Counted from the stretch's first letter, positions 1 through 7,970 are shown. The stretch is 62,133 nt of DNA from Patescibacteria group bacterium (GCA_018818205.1 JAHISJ010000029.1:1-62133); one strand, 5' to 3'. Numbers and translations: made by a program. The notes: generated from the letters alone by a model not told the origin.

Positions 1-1
1 G

Positions 2-235
2 ATCCCACTGTATGCTGGTTGTTCAGCTATGGTTCCAGTTGTTTTTGCCATTACTACAAAAGGTATTCCTTTGGGGACTTCTCTAGCTTTTCTAATGGCT
101 GTTGCTGGGCTTTCCTTGCCAGAAGCTTTAATGCTTAAAAAGGTAATGTCTTTAAGGCTCTTGCTTTTATTTTTTGGGATTGTTGCCTTTGGAATTATTA
201 TTGTGGGATATCTGTTTAATCTCTTGGGGGTATAG
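2..235 (+). CDS. C-terminal fragment of a multi-pass permease (DUF318/ArsP-like); the 5' end lies outside the window
   Basis: The frame is open from base 2 (IPLYAGCSA precedes the ATG at 29). The translation gives two hydrophobic helices, and the PLYAGCSA...GIPLGTSLAFLMA segment resembles this permease family as I recall it. Confidence 0.45.
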   Translation: MPLYAGCSAMVPVVFAITTKGIPLGTSLAFLMAVAGLSLPEALMLKKVMSLRLLLLFFGIVAFGIIIVGYLFNLLGV

Positions 236-285
236 ATTTTTGAAAACCTTATTATCACGTTAAGCGTGGTGTAATCCTCTCAAAC

Positions 286-406
286 CTGAGATTATGATTG
301 ATTATGGCACGGCTTTGTGGGGTTTTTGTTTACAAAAAAAGACCAATTTTAGGTCTTTTTCCAGTTCAATTCTCTTCAGGGTCGTGCGAGGGAGGAAATT
401 AGAACT
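286..406 (+). repeat. Cassette-boundary repeat, copy A (long form)
   Basis: About 95 nt (286-381) align with the 3' flank of tRNA-His at 7197-7290. The shared part includes GTGGGGTTTTTGTTTAC, the hairpin AAAAAGACC..GGTCTTTTT and CAGTTCAATTC. It ends in the 28-nt core GGGTCGTGCGAGGGAGGAAATTAGAACT (379-406). Confidence 0.85.
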
Positions 407-520
407 GTGTTTGTTGATTCTAGTTTGTGCTAATGTCTAACTTGATAAAGCAGGAGTAGTTATTAAATAGGTTAAATCATGAAATGCTCTGTATTTTCTC
501 TAGATAAATTGTGAGATTTA

Positions 521-549
521 AAAACGCCTCAATTTTTATTGAGACGTTT
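521..549 (-). terminator. Rho-independent terminator downstream of the 582-1439 gene
   Basis: On the minus strand the stem is ACGTCTCAAT / ATTGAGGCGT, followed by TTTTT. Confidence 0.6.
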
Positions 550-581
550 AAATTTTGCTTGGCATAAAGGTAGTACAAATC

Positions 582-1439
582 CTATAAAAAGAACACTAAT
601 ACGTTGATCCCAAGACCAATCAAAAAAGGATCTGGGATAATTGTGACACCTACATAGTAGCCAAATCCAACAGGAATATCTTTTAAAAAGAACTCGAAAC
701 CTAGGTAGGTTCTGATAACTGGTTGAATGGAGGGATATTTAAGTGTTTCTGGTAAGCCTGAAGGGTCAAAAATATTAAACCCCAGGTCAAACGAAGTTTT
801 TCCTACAAAGTTTATATTGAAGATTCCTTTTAAAAGAGGAGCTTTCAATATAAATCCAGGAGAAATTGGAACCAAATATACTCCTCTAAAAAGATTCCCT
901 TTAGGGGTGCATACACTTGAAGATGTAAAAGCCACACTAATTATGAGGCCCAGCCTAAGTTTTCCAAGTTTCCAGAGAAGCGTAGCATCTAAACTATTGC
1001 CAAACAGACCACTAGACTCTCGACACCCACGATTTGAAGTGGTCGCAGTAAATCTAATTCCAATAGCTGTTTCTATAAAGAAATTTTTCTCTTTGATATT
1101 TTTTTGACTTTTCTTGGTTTTGGCGCTTTTGGTCGTGCTGCTTTGGCTGGTTGGGCAGTAAAAAGAGTTCATTTGCCCCAAGCCCTTTCCTTTTGGAGGG
1201 AGATACACTGGCAGTCTCCCATTCTCCGCTTCTGCAATGAGTCTATACATTTCGCTGGCTTTAGAAACACAGCGTCTAAGATCCTTCAGGCAGTATGCTC
1301 CTTTTTTACAATCATTATCCCGCAGGCATTCACCAGGGAAATATTGTATCTTTCTGCATGGGAGAGTAGAAGCCTTTTCAGCACAAGCTACGTTCATTTC
1401 TATCAAGAAAAAAATCACAAACAACACTTTATTGTTCAT
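582..1439 (-). CDS. Secreted hypothetical protein: signal peptide, small Cys-rich module, then a beta-strand-rich region
   Basis: An AGGAG SD precedes the ATG. The N-terminus is hydrophobic (MNNKVLFVIFFLIEMNVACA). A CxxxxxCxxDxDCxxGxxC module follows, and the C-terminal 170 aa show alternating hydrophobic/polar residues. Confidence 0.55.
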   Translation of the reverse strand: MNNKVLFVIFFLIEMNVACAEKASTLPCRKIQYFPGECLRDNDCKKGAYCLKDLRRCVSKASEMYRLIAEAENGRLPVYLPPKGKGLGQMNSFYCPTSQSSTTKSAKTKKSQKNIKEKNFFIETAIGIRFTATTSNRGCRESSGLFGNSLDATLLWKLGKLRLGLIISVAFTSSSVCTPKGNLFRGVYLVPISPGFILKAPLLKGIFNINFVGKTSFDLGFNIFDPSGLPETLKYPSIQPVIRTYLGFEFFLKDIPVGFGYYVGVTIIPDPFLIGLGINVLVFFL

Positions 1440-1569
1440 TTTCCCACTCCTAAAGTAGAAGGTTCCTCGTTACTGCAGGATTCAAACTAACAGGTATTCA
1501 AACTGGTTACAAGTGCTTTTGTGAATCAAAACCACCAGCATTTGCGGTGGTTACTTGGTAATTTCAAAA

Positions 1570-1597
1570 GGGTCGCTTGAGGGAGGATATTAGAACT
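1570..1597 (+). repeat. Cassette-boundary repeat, copy B (core only)
   Basis: GGGTCGCTTGAGGGAGGATATTAGAACT, in the same orientation as the other copies. It lies between the divergent genes 582-1439 and 1721-2728. Confidence 0.8.
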
Positions 1598-1644
1598 CAA
1601 TGTGTAGAAGTGGGGTGTCGGAATTGGTTTGGTACATCAACCCG

Positions 1645-1673
1645 TTGACATTTGCATAAACAAATGCTATCTT
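1645..1673 (+). promoter_or_regulatory. Candidate sigma70-type promoter for the 1721-2728 gene
   Basis: TTGACA, a 17-nt spacer, then TATCTT, located about 50 nt upstream of the start codon. Confidence 0.35.
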
Positions 1674-1720
1674 TATTGGCTTTGTATAGCAAAGTGTTCG
1701 TACTTAGTTTAGGAGGTCCC

Positions 1721-2728
1721 ATGAAAAACGTATTTTTGTATTCTTTACTGACTGTTTTCTTTTTTTCACAAAACGTATTTGCTGCTCCGACAACAAAAAA
1801 GGCTACCTCAAAGCCTGTTGTGATTATTGGCAACAATGTTCCCCAAATTAAAAAAGCACGTGCGTTGCTTAGCAAGCTTTTAGTGATGGTTCGTAAGAGC
1901 AGGCAGGCCGATGCATTTGCAGCATTGAACTGGTTTAAGGATCATATGTCGCTGAGTCGTTATCAAGCAATTGACAGTTCAGTGTTAGCTGTTCATCTTC
2001 CTTCAAAAAAGCGTCCTGCGGTGAGATTCTACTATATTACTAAAAAGGATATGAAACGGTTCAAAAATATTCATGTAGTCAAGAAACTTTCTGAAGGGAA
2101 TGCTCGCGGAGGTTACAGCTGTTACCAGAAAAGCTTGTTTATTCCCGAGTCGGCTGATTGGACAAAGACGTTTCAACTGATTGTATTTTTGCATGAAATT
2201 CTGCACACCTACAATCATTTGGGTAAGAAAGTTAGAAAATGCTTAAAGCCAAAGAAACCGATTAGGACGAAAAAGCAATACAGGGCATTTGCAAAGAAAC
2301 GGTTTTTAGAATCAATGAAAGACGAAACTCGCGTGCGGGTTGTGCTTCTTAAGTTTCTCAAGGCTCTTTGGAAGAAGAAGTTTTCCGATCTTCTGGAGCA
2401 AATGAGAAAGAAGATCGTTCTTAGAGGTTATAAGCAACCACTTTATAACTCAAAAAAAGCGATTCTGGCGTTTTTGTGGCAGCTTAGGGTTATGGAGCGC
2501 GAGGTGGCAAGTGGCAGAGCAAAGCATCTTTTTAAGCCGTTTGACCTTGTTTTGGATAGCCTTTTTGGCAAACCAAAGTCACATGCAGAAATGGTTCAAC
2601 GGACCATGTTTATTTTTAGACTTGCGGTGTTCCATACGTGTGAGAAGAGTCCGCTTTTGCAACAAAAACCGTATACGCCGTTTGCTATTCAGTATAACTT
2701 TCTGAGATATACATTGAAGACGGGATAA
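1721..2728 (+). CDS. Secreted protein with an HExxH motif (possible zinc metallopeptidase-like protein)
   Basis: An AGGAGG SD precedes the ATG at 1721. The signal peptide is MKNVFLYSLLTVFFFSQNVFA. It contains FLHEILHTYNH (HExxH plus a nearby His) and is very basic. Confidence 0.55.
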   Translation: MKNVFLYSLLTVFFFSQNVFAAPTTKKATSKPVVIIGNNVPQIKKARALLSKLLVMVRKSRQADAFAALNWFKDHMSLSRYQAIDSSVLAVHLPSKKRPAVRFYYITKKDMKRFKNIHVVKKLSEGNARGGYSCYQKSLFIPESADWTKTFQLIVFLHEILHTYNHLGKKVRKCLKPKKPIRTKKQYRAFAKKRFLESMKDETRVRVVLLKFLKALWKKKFSDLLEQMRKKIVLRGYKQPLYNSKKAILAFLWQLRVMEREVASGRAKHLFKPFDLVLDSLFGKPKSHAEMVQRTMFIFRLAVFHTCEKSPLLQQKPYTPFAIQYNFLRYTLKTG

Positions 2729-2811
2729 TCATTTAGACGACACCTTTAGCACACTATTAAAGTAGTAAGCCGGATCCAAATAGTGGGTTCGGTTTTTTTG
2801 TATGCATGTAT

Positions 2812-2886
2812 GCAAAAAAGACCATTCTCAGGTCTTTTTCTCAGTTCAATTCCTGTATGGGTGGCGTGAGGGAGGAAATTAGAACT
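2812..2886 (+). repeat. Cassette-boundary repeat, copy C (hairpin-terminator + core)
   Basis: AAAAAAGACCATTCTCAGGTCTTTTTCTCAGTTCAATTCCTGTATGGG is nearly identical to 7243-7290. It is followed by the core GGGTGGCGTGAGGGAGGAAATTAGAACT (2859-2886). Confidence 0.85.
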
Positions 2887-2975
2887 CTAGAGTCAAAAAA
2901 GTAGATTTATTCTTTACAGTAGCAACTTAGTAAGCTACTGTTTTTGGTGTCCTTTGGTTTTTGTTTGGAGGAACA

Positions 2976-4001
2976 ATGAAAGAATCGATTGAAACTATTC
3001 TTGCTATTGCACATGACTATCATAAGCCATTATCGGAAGCTCTTATTGTTGGCTGGGTTAATCAGTTTCCAGAAAATACTCGATCAGTTATTTTAAAGGA
3101 ACTTGCGAAGATTTTACGTGTTTTTTACTTTTCCAAAGACCGCTTTGTGGAACTTGTTCAGACAGGATACAAAAAGGTTATCACTACACTTAAGAAAAAA
3201 TGTGACAATTCTATTACTGTAGGAGATGTGGAATTTATTAGAGGCTACTCTGAAGGAGGCGCAAGCCAAGATGAGATTCTAGATATTCTTGATGCACATC
3301 TTATGTCTGAGCATGGCATTCATGTCGATACGTGTGGCGGCGGGTATTATTTTGCCCTTTTTGATGATGCATCATACACTGGCAATAAAATGGTACACTC
3401 TGCGCGGAGATGGATTGAAGCCGAGGGTGACAAAGATAAAGTACTGGTAGTTGCACCTCTTATTATTCACACTAAAAGTTTAGATTATTTGAGCAAACAA
3501 GTCCGCGTTGCCTCGGTGCGTACTTTAAAAAAAGCTCTGGTTATCGCAGTGTATCAGGTGCAAAATACAACAACTATGGGTGGAGTGTTCCAGGGATACA
3601 TTCCTGCACAGTGTGATAATGAAAGCGTGAAAGCATTTATAGAGTGCCATCTAGATTTAGGGTATGGACAACGACTTTATAGGCCCGATAACTTTATTCG
3701 TGAAGAAAAGTTTTTTAGTTCAAAAGAAGCTAGAGAGATTGTTGAGCAGCAACTTCTAAGCAGCGGTGCACGACTTATAAACCGGTGTAGCTCTGTTGGT
3801 CGTTCAACCCGTCCCATGGGATTTGAGACGCTGGATACACTCGGATTTGGCACGCCTTTGGTTTTTTACCGCAATATTCCCAACAATGCGCCGATTGCAT
3901 TTTGGTGGGGTGTTGGACAACATCAACCGCTATTTGATCGAGTAACATACGCAGATCGTGTTGATGCTGCAGAAGAGACTGACGATGAATGGCCTTGGTG
4001 A
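2976..4001 (+). CDS. Phosphoribosyltransferase (PRTase)-fold-like protein of unknown function
   Basis: A GGAGG SD precedes the ATG at 2976. YYFALFDDASYTGNK matches the type-I PRTase PRPP loop (hydrophobic run-DD-x3-TG). The rest of the protein I cannot assign. Confidence 0.6.
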   Translation: MKESIETILAIAHDYHKPLSEALIVGWVNQFPENTRSVILKELAKILRVFYFSKDRFVELVQTGYKKVITTLKKKCDNSITVGDVEFIRGYSEGGASQDEILDILDAHLMSEHGIHVDTCGGGYYFALFDDASYTGNKMVHSARRWIEAEGDKDKVLVVAPLIIHTKSLDYLSKQVRVASVRTLKKALVIAVYQVQNTTTMGGVFQGYIPAQCDNESVKAFIECHLDLGYGQRLYRPDNFIREEKFFSSKEAREIVEQQLLSSGARLINRCSSVGRSTRPMGFETLDTLGFGTPLVFYRNIPNNAPIAFWWGVGQHQPLFDRVTYADRVDAAEETDDEWPW

Positions 4002-4671
4002 AAAGCGAGTATATGTGCAGAATGAATGTGTATTAATTCATAAAACTAACGCTCAGTGGGGCGCGCTTTCCAATATGTGTCGTGGATTCCCGATTTTACT
4101 TCCATTTAACGGTGGCAATGTAGTGCTACCCACATCTGAAGTGCTCTATCAAATGATGCGATTTCCTGAATTGATTGCGTCAGACGGATCCCACTATTTT
4201 CAAGCGCATCTTGCAAAAGAAGTGAATCCTATGAAAGCAAAAATGATCACCAAGCCTTATCGTATGCAGCACAATCGGCCTGATTGGGATTATGTACGTG
4301 TACGTATTATGCGATGGACACTTAGAATGAAATGGCTTTGCAGCTTGAGTCGTCTTGGACCGTTTCTTTTGGAGACAGGGGTTGCACCAATTGTTGAGTA
4401 CTCAAAAAGGGATGATTTCTGGGGTGCAAAGCCGATTAAAGAAAGGCCAGGACTGCTTTTGGGTTACAATGCGTTGGGTAGGTTGCTTATGGAGCTTAGG
4501 GAAGGATTGTGGCATAGAGACAACTTTCATTGGTTTTTATATGTTGAACCGCCAATTCTGCCCCACTTTACGTACGGCGAAAGACAAATTCTTCCCCTAG
4601 TGTACGAATCAGGTCTTGAGCAAGCGCTTATGGATTTTTCCTTGCAGCATTTTTGGCGGACACTAAAATGA
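3985..4671 (+). CDS. NADAR (YbiA/DUF1768) family protein
   Basis: GALSNM...LPTSEVLYQMMRF, RPDWDYVRVRIMRWTLRMKW and DDFWGAKP...GYNALGRLLMELRE align with E. coli YbiA blocks (FSNF...PTSEHYFQAQKF, NWESVKEQVMR, YWG..G.N.LG.LLMELRE). The start overlaps the upstream stop by 17 nt; the alternative start is 3958. Confidence 0.85.
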   Translation: MNGLGEKRVYVQNECVLIHKTNAQWGALSNMCRGFPILLPFNGGNVVLPTSEVLYQMMRFPELIASDGSHYFQAHLAKEVNPMKAKMITKPYRMQHNRPDWDYVRVRIMRWTLRMKWLCSLSRLGPFLLETGVAPIVEYSKRDDFWGAKPIKERPGLLLGYNALGRLLMELREGLWHRDNFHWFLYVEPPILPHFTYGERQILPLVYESGLEQALMDFSLQHFWRTLK

Positions 4672-4726
4672 AATTAAAACAAAAGCACGTGCTCTTTTTG
4701 AGTTCGTGCTCTTTTTGTTAAAAATT

Positions 4727-4754
4727 AGGTTGCGTGCGGGAAGAAATTAGAACT
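4727..4754 (+). repeat. Cassette-boundary repeat, copy D (core only, most diverged)
   Basis: AGGTTGCGTGCGGGAAGAAATTAGAACT. Confidence 0.7.
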
Positions 4755-4806
4755 GAGATGTGTAAATGTACAGCGGCAGATTTGGTTTATTGATATTTTA
4801 AAACAA

Positions 4807-4838
4807 AAAACCATCATGATGATTTACTCATGATGGTT
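4807..4838 (-). terminator. Rho-independent terminator downstream of the 4890-5285 gene
   Basis: A 12-bp stem AAACCATCATGA / TCATGATGGTTT, with a T-run on the minus strand. Confidence 0.7.
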
Positions 4839-4889
4839 TAGAACTTATTTGAATTTAGGTTAATTGGAAAGAAATAATTCAATTTAACT

Positions 4890-5285
4890 CTATGAGCAGT
4901 TTGATTGCTGTGTTAATATTTTTATTTCAAGTGCTCTTTTGTACTCCTCTTGTCGAGCAGACTCAAGAGGGGTGCCTTTTGCACGTTTCAACACTTCTTC
5001 TGCAACGTTCAGCGCAGCAACTGCTTGTTTTGGGCTAGCGCTACATTTCATTTTTTGAGCTAATTCATGAAATCTGGTCCACTCGTCATCGGTTTCCAAG
5101 TTTTCTTTGTTGGCATGGATGAGCATAATAGCCCACGAAAAGTAGTTTTCGTTTTTTCGCTCAAGACAAAGTTCTGCGAAGAGAAAAGCTTCTTCAAGTT
5201 TCTTTACTTCTTGAGCGAGTTGTTTTAAGAGGTCACGAATTTTCCCATTTTTTCCTTTAGCTTGTTTATAGAGTTTTTGAAACAT
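4890..5285 (-). CDS. Small helical hypothetical protein
   Basis: AAGGAGG lies 8 nt before the ATG at 5285 (MFQKLYKQAK...). The protein is charged and helix-prone. I recognise no motif. Confidence 0.5.
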   Translation of the reverse strand: MFQKLYKQAKGKNGKIRDLLKQLAQEVKKLEEAFLFAELCLERKNENYFSWAIMLIHANKENLETDDEWTRFHELAQKMKCSASPKQAVAALNVAEEVLKRAKGTPLESARQEEYKRALEIKILTQQSNCS

Positions 5286-5433
5286 TTCAGTCGCCTCCTT
5301 GTTTTTTGATATTAGAGAACACATGCAGAATGAATGCACCTCAGTGCATAAATGCTACGTCATTATACAATAAAAAGGGCTGGAAGTCAACCCCTTCTAG
5401 AAAAATTTAAGATAAGGTAAATTTGATTGTCTT

Positions 5434-5462
5434 AAGGTGGCTTGAGGGAGGATATTAGAACT
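5434..5462 (+). repeat. Cassette-boundary repeat, copy E (core plus a 3' extension shared with copy A)
   Basis: AAGGTGGCTTGAGGGAGGATATTAGAACT. The following GTGTTTG...AGGAGTA.GTATT resembles the sequence after copy A. Confidence 0.8.
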
Positions 5463-5612
5463 GTGTTTGCTAGTTTTACTCATCTTAAGTAGGAGTATGT
5501 ATTTTATTCGGGCGTGCAATAATTGCTTATAATGTTAGTGCTCTTTTCTAGCTTTCAGAATTCCCTTATTTCAGCCTAAAGAGTGGCTTTCTTATATTTG
5601 CTTATAATAAAT

Positions 5613-7038
5613 CTAAAAGGATGTATTATAATAAGTATTTTTAGATTGTCCCCTTTGGCTAATCAGCCCTAGTTGGCGCATTTGTTTTAAATCATGATTT
5701 AAGGTTATTCTTGGGGTTTGAGGTAATAGGTTTTCACATTCTTTTGCTTTGACAGTTTTGTTTTCAACCAAGTGTTCCCATATTTTAACTTGTCTTTCAT
5801 TTAACTTACTTAATTTTTGTCCCATTAAAATAACCTTGAAGCTATTTGATGTGTTTTTGAAAATTGGTAAAAGTAAGTTCCATTTCTGCATTTCATTAAA
5901 AACAATATCTATCCCTCTTCCATATTCTTCCAAGTAATCAAGCTCTTTCAAGCGAGCTGCTATAGTTTCATTTCTACTTACCTGGGCATCTTTAATATTT
6001 TCTATGGTGACGCCAGGTGGCAAGCAGCCAGGGTTAAACACTTCTATCCTGTCTTCAAAAATGTTTACCTGCGTGTATGTTTCAGTGGAGTTATAATCTC
6101 TATGTATAACTGCGTTGGCCACTATTTCTCTGATGGCTTTTTCAGGATACTCGTATTTTTCGATTCTTCTTGTACCAACTATTTCTGCACTTTTTCTTAT
6201 GTTTCTTAGAACAAATTTTTGCATATCGTCGATTTGATTATCCAATGTACCATCGATATCTAGGCTATCAATTATGTCAGTTGCTACATTTGACCCTTGA
6301 TACTTTACACATCTAATAACATATCTGCTAAACTGTTGTTTACGCTGTGGTTTGTCTTTGGCGAAGATTAAAAAACCCGCGAGAGTAAGTTTTTCTTTTC
6401 CTCTAAAAATATCGGCTATGCCTAAATTCTTTAATAATTCAAAATCAATTTCTTTTATAGAGCTTCTTCTCTGGGTTCTTTCACCACTTTTAATTAAAAG
6501 TTCTAGAATTTTCTCTTTTGATAAATCATCAAGCGAAGTTCCTTCTGCTGCAATAATATCGTACTTAAATTTTTTTGAATTATCTATTAAGCTTCTCATC
6601 TCGTTGTCAGTCATTTTTCTGTCAGTGTTGCCATCTCGTATATAAGCACCATGTGGTAAGCCAACTGGCTTGTAATAACAGGGCTTAAATTGATTGGGGC
6701 ATTCCGGTATAAATGGCTAAGATTGCTTTTCCTTTCATTTCTAGAATGTGGTACTCGGGCCGAAGGGTGAAGCTCATTTCATTATTCGCTAGGTCTCCAA
6801 TTTTTTCTTGTAAATTGTCAATCACATCAGTCCCTACAATCGTTAATTTATGTTTGTTCTTGTCTTCATCAATGCCAAATACAATAATTCCACCACCAGG
6901 CCGATGTGAAAAAGAAGATACCGATTTCCATATGCTTTTTGGCAAGTCATTACGAGCAGTTTTGAATTCAATACTGCTTGTTTCAGTTTTATTTTTAATT
7001 GATTCTTCAATTAGTTTTATTGTCTCTTCTTTGTCCAT
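5613..7038 (-). pseudogene. Frameshifted AlbA_2 (Schlafen-type) + HATPase_c_4 'divergent AAA / RecG-like' regulator gene
   Basis: ORF 6685-7038 encodes the AlbA_2 N-terminus (SSIEFKTARNDLPKSIWKSVSSFSHRPGGGIIVFGIDED). ORF 5613-6614 encodes the HATPase_c_4 part (REIVANAVIHRDY...SRNETIAARLKEL..EYGRGI). Shifting frame by one base near 6705-6712 restores ...AILAIYIPECPNQFKPCYYKPVGLPHGAYIRDGNTDRKMTDNE. Confidence 0.75.
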
Positions 7039-7196
7039 ATTTTACTTAGATTATTTCTTTGAAATTATTCTTTGTGCATAGTATTCAAATTTGCATATGT
7101 ATCGAGTATATCATTTTTGCTTCTGAATGAATATCTACATAATGCTTTATCACTAGACCTTCATAATTATGCTAATCTTGGGGTAATTTGACATAT

Positions 7197-7290
7197 CTGA
7201 GATATTTATTGAACTGCACGGTTGGTGGGGTTTTTGTTTACAAAAAAAGACCATTCTCAGGCCTTTTTTCAGTTCAATTCCCGTATGGGG
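7197..7290 (+). repeat. Cassette-boundary repeat, copy F (long form, abutting the 3' end of tRNA-His)
   Basis: It aligns with copy A over about 95 nt and with copy C over about 50 nt. GTTCAATTCCCGT (7272-7284) is an inverted copy of the tRNA-His T-arm (7297-7309). Confidence 0.85.
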
Positions 7291-7360
7291 TGACCAACGG
7301 GAATTGAACCCGTAATAGGAGTACCACAAACTCCTGTGTTACCATTACACTATGGTCACC
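7286..7360 (-). tRNA. tRNA-His (GTG)
   Basis: The cloverleaf was folded by hand: G-1 plus acceptor GTGACCA/TGGTCAC, D stem GTGT/ACAC, anticodon stem GGAGT/ACTCC with loop TTGTGGT, and T arm ACGGG-TTCAATT-CCCGT. CCA is encoded. Confidence 0.9.
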
Positions 7361-7425
7361 ATCATATTTACGTAGTAAATTATAGCGGTTTTTCTAAAAT
7401 AAGGAAGGGAAAATCTAAAAAACTT

Positions 7426-7698
7426 TTATGCGGAAAATCCTTCTAAATCCCCGCTTTCCTCAATTTTCTTGTCTTCATACGGCCCTGCTTTTCTGCGGTA
7501 AAATTCAAGTTTAGCAGCCTCTAAGGCACCAATGAGCTCATTTAAATCCTTGTATCTGCCCTCTCCGGTCATAGCAAGCAATAATCTATTGATGGTATAG
7601 TTTAGTTCGCCTGCTCTACCCTCTTGTGTCATCGCGCTTGCTAAGGGGTCAATGAATTGATCTAAACGTTCTCTGTCTTTTTTGGGTAGATAGGGCAT
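7426..7698 (-). CDS. Small conserved hypothetical protein (90 aa)
   Basis: Clean ORF encoding MPYLPKKDRERLD...LNYTINRLL...LEAAKLEFYRRKAGPYEDKK. It looks like a conserved family, but I cannot name it. Confidence 0.55.
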   Translation of the reverse strand: MPYLPKKDRERLDQFIDPLASAMTQEGRAGELNYTINRLLLAMTGEGRYKDLNELIGALEAAKLEFYRRKAGPYEDKKIEESGDLEGFSA

Positions 7699-7734
7699 AT
7701 TTTTTGTTTAATTGAATACCAAAATACAAGTTAA

Positions 7735-7777
7735 GGGGTCCCCGAATAATTCCTATTATTTGGAGAGAAGGAGGAAC
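7735..7777 (+). repeat. Hairpin + purine-run repeat, unit 1
   Basis: GGGGTCCCCGAATAATTCCTATTATTTGGAGAGAAGGAGGAAC. The stem is CCGAATAAT/ATTATTTGG with loop TCCT, followed by AAGGAGG and the ATG at 7781. Confidence 0.75.
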
Positions 7778-7855
7778 ATCATGGAAGCTGGAGCGAGCTC
7801 CGTAGCGAAACATGAGTACTTAGCTTAGACAGGAAAAAGGAGAAAAGTAAAAATT

Positions 7856-7898
7856 GGGGTCCCCATAAAATTCCTATTTTATGGGGAAAAGGAAGAAG
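7856..7898 (+). repeat. Hairpin + purine-run repeat, unit 2
   Basis: GGGGTCCCCATAAAATTCCTATTTTATGGGGAAAAGGAAGAAG. It matches unit 1 at 33/43 positions, and the stem differences are compensatory (CCCATAAAAT/ATTTTATGGG, loop TCCT). Confidence 0.75.
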
Positions 7899-7920
7899 TG
7901 TCTTTAGGCTGGAGGTCAGT

Positions 7921-7940
7921 ATCAAAATTCTTATTTTGGT
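7921..7940 (+). repeat. Third, shorter hairpin of the same style
   Basis: ATCAAAAT-TCTT-ATTTTGGT, immediately 3' of tRNA-Leu (minus strand). Confidence 0.5.
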
Positions 7941-7970
7941 GCTGGCGTAAGCCTGTAGGCACTTTTGACG

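Noticed and set aside
286-7290. Interpreting the boundary repeats as canonical integron attC sites.
   Set aside because: I found no RYYYAAC/GTTRRRY core pair in either orientation and no intI-like gene, and cassette orientation is mixed. I kept the observation as a novel cassette-like array instead.
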